DNA of 64,000 nt, from the NCBI GenBank assembly GCA_963665295.1, contig OY762209.1, positions 2,624,001 through 2,688,000 of the forward strand, given 5' to 3'. The stretch's first letter is position 1, and the number at the start of each line of letters is the position of its first letter. Shown here piece after piece: positions 20,845 to 28,359 of the stretch. A program made the translations under genes and the position numbers. A model generated the notes under the pieces. That model did no database searches. It was not told where the DNA came from and was given only the letters and a program-made list of their open reading frames with translations. The DNA comes from Syntrophorhabdaceae bacterium. GTDB taxonomy: Bacteria > Desulfobacterota > Syntrophorhabdia > Syntrophorhabdales > Syntrophorhabdaceae.

Positions 20845-21974
20845 AGGGAGCCTCCCTTTAAAGATTCAAAAAACGCCTGAAGCCTTGTGCGTACATGGGA
20901 AAGAGACAGGGTCTGATATTCGGTGGACAGGATGTGCATGGGGATGCCCTCTTTTCTGACCATGCTTCTCAGGTCGGGCATGTCATATTCTTCGGATTCA
21001 CAGAACTCTATGTGAATATAGATGATCGCCTCCGGTTTGTGGAGGTCGTAGAGGGCTTTCAGTTCCTTAAACCCTTTATACACATTATCGTGGATAGGAG
21101 AGTAGAACCCTCTTTTGAAATGCCTTTCCGCAAGGGCGTCGATGGGGTCGGCCCCGTCGGTTATCACCCCCTGGAGGTACCTGGACCCGGTGATAAGGGT
21201 GTCACCTACCACATTGAGCTTGATCTCATCAAAGAGGTCGAATATTTCCGGAGGGTCGCAGGTGATGCCTGCGAGGATGACCCTGGTGTAGCCCTCGCCC
21301 TCTTTCTTTTCAAGGCTATCCCGTATGTTCTTCAGTGTCTGGTTAAACTCCGCCTTGTCGACCTGCATGGAAAGTTTGACGAGAGAGAAAAATTCCTTGT
21401 TGGTAATGGCCGCAGGGTATTTCCTCTTTACTTCGTAGATCTCTTTGAGAAGTTCCTTGTTTTCGTTATGAAGGGCAAAGGATCTCCTCAGGTCCTCATC
21501 GGTCACCGATTTGCCGAACCTGTCCGCCAGGGAAGCGATGACCCGCTCGGTCTCCTCTTTGACCCAGTACTTCGCGCTCGGCCTGTCTACCTGTCGGGGG
21601 GCAAGAAAGCACTCCACATAGGTGTTGGGGAAATTGATCCTCCATATGTCGGAGAGGTGCTGGGTAGTATCACATACCTGGGGCAGAACGAATCCGTCAA
21701 AGAGGTCGCCTTCATAACTCAATGCGAGTTCAAGATTGCTTCTTGCGAGAGAACAGGCGTTGTCGGGCAAAAGGCTCGGGGCTTTCTTCAAGGGTTTATT
21801 GGTACCGAGAAGCGCCACAGGAAGGAAACCGAATGCATAAATAACCTCCTCCGGCACATCTGCGATAGTACTCCCGATGACAGTTTTGCCCGTGCTCTTT
21901 TTCCACTGTCGTATTGATGGATAAGGGTCTTTCGCGTACTCCGTTACTTCCTTAAGACTCAGGTTTTCCCACAT
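20841..21974 (-). CDS. 2-hydroxyacyl-CoA dehydratase / benzoyl-CoA reductase subunit (HgdB/BzdN-like)
   Basis: VPEEVIYAFGFLP, CSLAR, VCDTTQHL, FCESEEYD, TRLQAFFE. Confidence 0.85.
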   Translation of the reverse strand: MWENLSLKEVTEYAKDPYPSIRQWKKSTGKTVIGSTIADVPEEVIYAFGFLPVALLGTNKPLKKAPSLLPDNACSLARSNLELALSYEGDLFDGFVLPQVCDTTQHLSDIWRINFPNTYVECFLAPRQVDRPSAKYWVKEETERVIASLADRFGKSVTDEDLRRSFALHNENKELLKEIYEVKRKYPAAITNKEFFSLVKLSMQVDKAEFNQTLKNIRDSLEKKEGEGYTRVILAGITCDPPEIFDLFDEIKLNVVGDTLITGSRYLQGVITDGADPIDALAERHFKRGFYSPIHDNVYKGFKELKALYDLHKPEAIIYIHIEFCESEEYDMPDLRSMVRKEGIPMHILSTEYQTLSLSHVRTRLQAFFESLKGGSL

Positions 21975-22149
21975 AGGTCCTCCAATAGAATGTATACGAG
22001 AAATACGTCTGGGGCAATTATAAAAAGAAGACTCACTTTTGTCAAGAAAGTGTTTCGAAAGGGTAATAGAAACCGGGAATGGACAAAATTATTGAAATCA
22101 GGGACGAAAAAATAGTATTTTTATAGAAGCAAAGGGTATAGGAGAAATC

Positions 22150-22614
22150 ATGAAAGTCCCTATCACAAGAGAAGGCTACGAGAATCTGAAAAAGGACCAC
22201 GCGTTCCTGCTTAACGACAAGAGGCCGAAGATACTGAGGGCCATTGAAGAGGCGAGGGGCCACGGCGACCTCTCCGAGAATGCCGAGTACGACGCGGCGA
22301 GAGAGGAGTACCAGTTCCTCCAGAAAAAGGTGGCGGAAATCGAGGAAATGATAAGAAATTCCGAGATAGTCGATGTCACGCAGGGAGACGGCGAGATGGT
22401 GGCGTTCGGCTGCAGCGTATCGTTGAAAAATCTCGACACCGATGAGGAAGTGGTGTACCAGGTTGTGGGTCCCTACGAATCGGACATACAGAAAGGCTTG
22501 ATATCCTTGACCTCCCCGCTGGGAAGGGCACTCATAGGAAAGTCCGTGGGAGACGAGGTAAACTTCTCCGCGCCGGGCGGGAAAAGGACCTACGAAGTCG
22601 TCAAAATAGTCTGA
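22150..22614 (+). CDS. greA: Transcription elongation factor GreA
   Basis: ARGHGDLSENAEYDAA, ISLTSPLGRALIGK. Confidence 0.96.
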   Translation: MKVPITREGYENLKKDHAFLLNDKRPKILRAIEEARGHGDLSENAEYDAAREEYQFLQKKVAEIEEMIRNSEIVDVTQGDGEMVAFGCSVSLKNLDTDEEVVYQVVGPYESDIQKGLISLTSPLGRALIGKSVGDEVNFSAPGGKRTYEVVKIV

Positions 22615-23037
22615 AATCCTCTTTCCCGGTATTCTTTTGCCCATACACCGCAACCGCTCGAACGGGGCAAGGGTCCGCGCCGCGACATGGCCGGGCCTTA
22701 TGAAGACGCCGGGATGACGTAAGGGATCAAACCTTTTCCACGGTCCCGGTAAAGTGAAGACCCCGGCGTTATGTTTTAAGGAAAGGGTTACCGGAACCGC
22801 ACCGCCCGTTACTTGTATGTAAGGAAGCACGGTAACAGGAACCGGACACACAACGGTGTGTGAGAAAAAACAGTGGCGTTCATATCTGAACGCTTTTTTT
22901 ATTTTTCACTGAAGGACTGCGGCGTCTTTAATCCTTAAGAAGGATGAGGGGCGCTTTTTTGTTTGAACAGGGAAAGCCCGCAGCTTCCGCGCAGGAGGGA
23001 GGTTCCCCTATCCTGGAATCAGACGAGGAGGAATGCC

Positions 23038-23268
23038 TTGAGTGACGAAGCAAAAGAGGTGATACCTGAGGAGTGGTACGTGAGGACGGAGTCCAAACTG
23101 GTCTGTCTTCGTTGCCGTAAAACCTTCAAAAGGGAATATGAGCCGAAGAAGACCCGACGAAGGGGGAAGGCCCACGGCACCAAAACCCTGCTTACGTTAT
23201 GGGCCTGGTACAACTTTAGAAAGCACCTCCTGAGGTGCTGGAATCGACCGGGCGACGACCAGGCGTGA
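23038..23268 (+). CDS. Small basic hypothetical protein, possible C2HC zinc finger
   Basis: SD GAGGAGG before TTG 23038; CLRC...HLLRC. Confidence 0.55.
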   Translation: MSDEAKEVIPEEWYVRTESKLVCLRCRKTFKREYEPKKTRRRGKAHGTKTLLTLWAWYNFRKHLLRCWNRPGDDQA

Positions 23269-23344
23269 TCACAGGCCGGCCGACAGAGCGGGCAGAATCT
23301 CCCGCCCCGGTAAGAGAGACATTACGTGACAAGGAAATCCCCGG

Positions 23345-24415
23345 TCACTCACTTAACCTCGCGTGGCCGAGAAAGGTTATGAACTTTCGGAGCAGTTCCT
23401 CGTCAAAGCAGCGTCGCATGCCCAGATCGCGGTTCTCCCGCTTGGGCGATACCCCCGGCTTGTCGTCCAGGGGAATCCCCACCATGATCTGGACCGCCTT
23501 CGCGGGAGGCAGCGGGTTTTTGTAAGGCCGCCGGGACGTCATGGCGTCGAAGACGTCGATGATCCTGAGCACCCTGGCCAGGGGGCTTATGCTGAGCCCT
23601 TCCAGGCCCAGGGGGTAGCCTCCCCCGTTAAAATCCTCGTGGTGATGCAAAACTGCTTTCTTCACGAAATCAGGAATCTCCGTGTCGAGAAGCATGGACA
23701 CGCTGTTGATGGGATGGCGCTTGATTGCGTCCCACTCGGAGGAGGTGAGGGGGTCGATCTTATTGAGTATCTCCTGGGAAACATACGCTTTTCCGATGTC
23801 GTGCAGGAGCGCCCCCACGCCGCATTGCTTCAGTAATTCCTTCTTGCGGGTCTCGTCGAAGCCCGCGTAATCTTTATGAACCTGCTCCAGAACGGAGGAA
23901 TTGTCTTTCAGAAAGGCCACGGTAAACCAAAGGACCTTGGTGGCGTGCGTATAGGTCTGGTAGTCGTGACCGATCATTTTCGCCAGGGCCTGGAGGGAAC
24001 GGGCCTCTGTGATGAAGTAGAGGGCGTTCTTGACCATGGAGTCGGTCCTCTCGAGGGCCTCCTGACTCATTACTCCCAGTCCCAGGGCATTTTCGAAGGC
24101 GTCTTTCACCACGTTGAGGGATACCCTGCTGAATATCTCCGCCTTCTGATCGTCCGACGGCCCCTGGTTTTGGAGGATCGTTCCCAGGTGATCCTCAAGG
24201 TATTCTTCGTACTTGAACTCCTCGTCGAGGGTAACGAAGACCTCCTTCATCCTGCTGGCCGAGAGTCGCTGGATCTGGTCCTCCGTGACCTCGTTGCCTT
24301 CGCGCGCCCAAAGCACATGCTGGCCCAGTGGGGAAAGTATGTAGATTTTGAATTTCGGCATGCTCCCCGGTATAATCGCTCCCGGGGGGATGGTGATGAA
24401 CTTTTCCTTATCCAT
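23345..24415 (-). CDS. HD-GYP phosphodiesterase
   Basis: LLHDIGK, HHEDFNGGGYPLGL, DVFDAMTSRRPYK. Confidence 0.92.
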   Translation of the reverse strand: MDKEKFITIPPGAIIPGSMPKFKIYILSPLGQHVLWAREGNEVTEDQIQRLSASRMKEVFVTLDEEFKYEEYLEDHLGTILQNQGPSDDQKAEIFSRVSLNVVKDAFENALGLGVMSQEALERTDSMVKNALYFITEARSLQALAKMIGHDYQTYTHATKVLWFTVAFLKDNSSVLEQVHKDYAGFDETRKKELLKQCGVGALLHDIGKAYVSQEILNKIDPLTSSEWDAIKRHPINSVSMLLDTEIPDFVKKAVLHHHEDFNGGGYPLGLEGLSISPLARVLRIIDVFDAMTSRRPYKNPLPPAKAVQIMVGIPLDDKPGVSPKRENRDLGMRRCFDEELLRKFITFLGHARLSE

Positions 24416-24722
24416 GAAACGGACTCCCTGTTGTTTGATTCGAGCAGGCGCTTATTCTCTTGCGTTGAAAGAAAAGCCTCCTATTGCCCGTCTCCCGCCG
24501 TTTTTCCCCGGTCACGTCGCCGGGACCGGGCCGGGAGTCAATTGTTTTCGCATACTTGAGCAAACCGCTAATCAATGTACAATAAATATATCATTATTTA
24601 CCAAAGGTGCAATATAAATGTCACTGTCCGGCCCTTGCGCGGTCCGTCCCCTTCCCGGCGGCCCGGCACCGGGGTTATGGGGTCCGGAAGGGACCGTCAT
24701 TCGGGGTCAACCGGCCTACCGG

Positions 24723-24751
24723 TTGACAAACGCCTGTCTTTTCTTAATAAT
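24723..24751 (+). promoter_or_regulatory. Sigma-70 promoter for alaA
   Basis: TTGACA at 24723, then an AT-rich -10 region (TAATAAT/TAATAT) at about canonical spacing. Confidence 0.55.
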
Positions 24752-24795
24752 ATGGTATACAGGCGCGGGACGCCTTAAAAAGCGATAGGAGCGGA

Positions 24796-26022
24796 ATGAA
24801 CGGTATGCGTGAGATTCGAAAGTCGAACAAGATGGACAACATATGTTATGAAATTAGGGGGCCCCTGCTCAAGGCGGCGAAACGCCTCGAAGAGGAAGGG
24901 TATACTATTATCAAGCTGAATAGCGGGAATCCTCCCGCTTTCGGGATCAACGCACCGGATGAGATAATCCATGACGTGACCCTCAATATCAGGGCCGCCC
25001 AGGCCTATGGTGATTCGAAAGGTCTTTTTTCGGCCCGCAAGACGATTATGCAGCAGTGCCAGTTGAGGGGTATCGAGGGCGTGGAGATTGAGGACATTTA
25101 CGTGGGCAACGGCGTGTCCGAAATGATCATGATGGCTATGCAGGGACTTCTCAACAACGGGGATGAAATGCTTGTCCCGTCCCCCGATTATCCACTCTGG
25201 ACCGCCGCGGTCACCCTTTCCGGAGGGACCGCCGTGCATTACATCTGCGATGAATCATCGGAGTGGATGCCTGACATCGAGGACATGGAATCGAAGGTTA
25301 CCCTGAAGACGAGGGGCATCGTGCTCATCAACCCCAATAACCCCACGGGTGCGGTCTACACAAAAGAAGTGCTCCTGAAGATAGTCGAAATGGCGGAAAA
25401 GCACGATCTTATTATATTCGCCGACGAAATATACGACCAGATCCTTTATGACGGCGCGGAGCATATCCCTGTCGCCGCCCTCTCAAAGGATGTCTTCTTC
25501 GTGACTTTCAACGGGCTGTCGAAGTCCCACCGCATTCCCGGCATGAGGGCGGGCTGGATGATCGTGAGCGGCAGGAAATCCCTTGCGAAAGACTACACCA
25601 ATGAAGGCCTGGATACCCTGTCGAATATGAGGATGTGCGGCAACATGGTGGGCCAGCTTGCCATCCAGACGGCCCTGGGAGGTTATCAGAGCCTCAGGCG
25701 GTTGATAAGCCCCGGCGGCAGGCTCTATGAGCAGCGGAGAGCCGCCTACGAGTGTTTCAACTCGATACCGGGCATTACCTGTGTAAAGCCCATGGGCGCC
25801 CTCTATCTTTTTCCGAAGATCGATGCCGAAAGGTATGGTATTCGTGACGACCAGCAGTTCCTTCTCGACTTCCTCATGGAGAAGAAGGTGCTTATGGTGC
25901 AGGGGACGGGGTTTAACTGGCACGCCCCGGACCACTTCCGGGTCGTCTTCCTCCCTTCCGTCGAAGAAATTCAGGCCGTGGCGGAACGGATGGCCGATTT
26001 CCTGAAGGACTACCACCAGTAA
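24796..26022 (+). CDS. alaA: PLP-dependent alanine aminotransferase
   Basis: CYEIRGP, GNGVSE, INPNNPTG, DEIYD, NGLSKSHR, VQGTGFNW. Confidence 0.92.
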   Translation: MNGMREIRKSNKMDNICYEIRGPLLKAAKRLEEEGYTIIKLNSGNPPAFGINAPDEIIHDVTLNIRAAQAYGDSKGLFSARKTIMQQCQLRGIEGVEIEDIYVGNGVSEMIMMAMQGLLNNGDEMLVPSPDYPLWTAAVTLSGGTAVHYICDESSEWMPDIEDMESKVTLKTRGIVLINPNNPTGAVYTKEVLLKIVEMAEKHDLIIFADEIYDQILYDGAEHIPVAALSKDVFFVTFNGLSKSHRIPGMRAGWMIVSGRKSLAKDYTNEGLDTLSNMRMCGNMVGQLAIQTALGGYQSLRRLISPGGRLYEQRRAAYECFNSIPGITCVKPMGALYLFPKIDAERYGIRDDQQFLLDFLMEKKVLMVQGTGFNWHAPDHFRVVFLPSVEEIQAVAERMADFLKDYHQ

Positions 26023-26043
26023 CCGGGTCGCTGCCGGTGGAGG

Positions 26044-27699
26044 TCAGTAGCGATAAGGCCGTGGGTGATGGTTCCACGCGTCCATGAAACTCATGAGCCC
26101 GAGGTCCCTCATCCTCCGGTGGAGATTGCCCTGCGTTCCTCTATCCCCGCCCACAGCTCGCTCGATGCGCGCCAATCGGTACAGGATATAGCGGTCCAAG
26201 TCCCTGAACTGCTCTTTTATTCCGTCGCTCGCCGCATCATTGAGAAAAGACGCGGGCCAGCCTATCCCCGTCGCATGGGTGAGGACCTTGTTGTCCGCCG
26301 TCATCCGGTCGGGCGGAAACCCGAGTAAGGTGCTGATCCGCCATATCTTCTCCGCGAGGGGCATGATACAGGGGTCGGTGTGGACTCCTGCCGGGGCCAT
26401 GTGACGGGCGTGACATTTCCTTGGGCCGTCCTGCACGGCCTCAATGCGGGTGAGGAACCTGACCCTTCGCCTGATCTTTTCGATGGTCGCGTCCCTTATG
26501 CATATTATGGGCTGGTTATCCTCGTTGATCCTGTAATGGTAGGCACAGAAATCAAACCCGTGTTCGGGGCCCGCCTCGTTTTCCGCCACGGGATAGAGGC
26601 CCGCGATAGTCGCCTTGCCCTCGTTTACCCGCTGACCCAGTTCCGTAAGGACAAAGCGTTTCATGTCTTCCCGCACCTCTTCGGCATAAGCCGGATCGTT
26701 CAGGAAAAGGACCACATCGTCCCCGAAGCGGCAAAAGGGTATGCGCTTGACCTTTATGTAAGTGTCCAACTGGTGGAGGTAGATGTTGGTGAAGAGAGGC
26801 GTGAGGCCCGTGCCCATCCCTATGCCCGTGCCCGGGGTCATGAGGACCTCATCGACCCTTGAAAAATACCTCCCCATGAGCCGCTTCAGAAAATCGCAAT
26901 CCTCATCGCTCCATCCGGCCTTCTGCGCCCGATCGAGGATCAGCGCCACGAGTCGCTCCTGGGGGACGGTTTCGTTGAAGGATTTTACATCGAGGCGAAG
27001 GACGACCCGATAGCCTTTATTGAGCCCCGATATGACCCGCCGCACTGTCTCCTTAGTCCCCCTGTTGGCGATATAGGCGCAGGACTCGCGGAAGAAGTAC
27101 TTCGTGGGAAACAGTTTCCCGAAAAGAGCGGTCAATGCCCCCACCACGAGAGTATCGGGGAAGGTGGGTTTCAGCATGATCCTGTACCGGGACCTCTCCC
27201 GGGGCGTGAGGCTGCGGTACTCGCTTTGGGGCAGGGTGTTCTTTCTGGGACGCATCCCTTCCTTGTCCGGCTCCTGGTACTTGAGAAGGGCCGTTACCCT
27301 CATGCGTGAAAATTCATAGCTGTCCTTCCGCATAAGCCTGCAGAGCCTGTTGATCGCGTTTTCCGCCGCCGGTGAAATGGTAAGGCGGATCGGGTCGGTC
27401 GGCTTTTCAGGGCGGGTCTTCTTTTTCACCGCAAGCCATTTGGGGAGAGGGGCCTTCCTTGGAAAAGGCTGATGGATCCGAGACCTGAGGGCTACGGCCT
27501 CTTCGCCTTTGAAAAGATGGCCCAGGGGGTCCCGCACCAGTATGTGGGACAGGAGCAGCATGGCCAGGGATTTGGACTTCCGCCTGATCACCTGTTGATA
27601 TGTCTTCTCGTCCGACAGGATATCTTTCAGCATAGGGTTAAGAGCCGGCATGGGTTTTCGAGGCTCGTTCCGTTTCGGTGGCCCTTTTAGGGGGACCAT
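26044..27699 (-). CDS. Group II intron-like reverse transcriptase with thumb/X domain and no endonuclease (start uncertain: 27699 or one of two in-frame ATGs 48-66 nt downstream)
   Basis: RT0 INRLCRLMRKDSY; RT2 KPTFPDTLV; RT2a SCAYIANRG; RT3 LDVKSFNETV; RT4 GIGMGTGLTPLFTNIYLHQLD; RT5 RFGDD; RT6 VNEGKATI; RT7 GFDFCAY; X domain GWPASF...LDRYILYRL. Confidence 0.9.
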   Translation of the reverse strand: MVPLKGPPKRNEPRKPMPALNPMLKDILSDEKTYQQVIRRKSKSLAMLLLSHILVRDPLGHLFKGEEAVALRSRIHQPFPRKAPLPKWLAVKKKTRPEKPTDPIRLTISPAAENAINRLCRLMRKDSYEFSRMRVTALLKYQEPDKEGMRPRKNTLPQSEYRSLTPRERSRYRIMLKPTFPDTLVVGALTALFGKLFPTKYFFRESCAYIANRGTKETVRRVISGLNKGYRVVLRLDVKSFNETVPQERLVALILDRAQKAGWSDEDCDFLKRLMGRYFSRVDEVLMTPGTGIGMGTGLTPLFTNIYLHQLDTYIKVKRIPFCRFGDDVVLFLNDPAYAEEVREDMKRFVLTELGQRVNEGKATIAGLYPVAENEAGPEHGFDFCAYHYRINEDNQPIICIRDATIEKIRRRVRFLTRIEAVQDGPRKCHARHMAPAGVHTDPCIMPLAEKIWRISTLLGFPPDRMTADNKVLTHATGIGWPASFLNDAASDGIKEQFRDLDRYILYRLARIERAVGGDRGTQGNLHRRMRDLGLMSFMDAWNHHPRPYRY

Positions 27700-28110
27700 A
27701 GATTAAGATCAGTACTCGAAATTGCCCATACCGCCTGCTCTAATTCTAGCAGCACCGCGGCCTCCCGTAAAGGGGTTAATGCAGGATTCCACTCTTTGCC
27801 CCGCTCGCGCCCGACACTATCCGGATTCCCGGTGGTGAGGCCGGGTAGGGACGAACCGGCCCTTCGGCAAGAACCGGAAGTTGACCATTCATTGGACTCT
27901 TCAGGGGAGGCAAGACATGGTGGGATCGTGGATCGGCTCCCTTTGTCGGTTCCTCGATACATCAGGCTGTCACCACCCCGGCACGCAAATCAATCGGTCT
28001 GCCGTACTCCCGGCGAGAACTACCGTTCATCGGTAGATTGCCGGATTGACCCTGTCAACCCTGTCTCATGCACTGTAACATGCCGATTCGGTCTGCCCCA
28101 TGGCAGGCAC
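27700..28110 (-). ncRNA. Candidate structured RNA upstream of the RT
   Basis: At least five hairpins and one long-range stem (ggtggtga 27831-27838 with tcaccacc 27970-27977); no credible ORF. Confidence 0.45.
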
Positions 28111-28359
28111 TTTGCCTTGCCCACAATAACATTCTACGCATGATTATCATGAGCTTCTGTGTTATCGTGGCAGGGAGCGAGGAGCAACACTGGGAAGATA
28201 TGAGACGTCCTTCTCACCAAACGTTTGCTGGACCTTATTCCCGGTACGAAATCCTCCAAAGTATGTCTTCGTCCTTCTCCGGGAATATGCGGTATCCGTA
28301 CTTCGCCGTCGGCTGGGCGCAGTTGGTTCCGGACGTGACCGGTATTTCGATCCGCGCTA

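Noticed and set aside
22042..22851. 269-aa minus-strand ORF
   Set aside because: Mostly antisense to greA, with no motifs.
26005..28100. Intact group II intron around the RT; a hairpin after the stop (ccaccggcagcgacccggttactggtgg) loosely resembles IIC domain V
   Set aside because: The catalytic triad would be CAC rather than AGC/CGC, half of the hairpin is the antisense of alaA's terminal YHQ* codons, no domain VI follows, and no GTGCG 5' end was found upstream.
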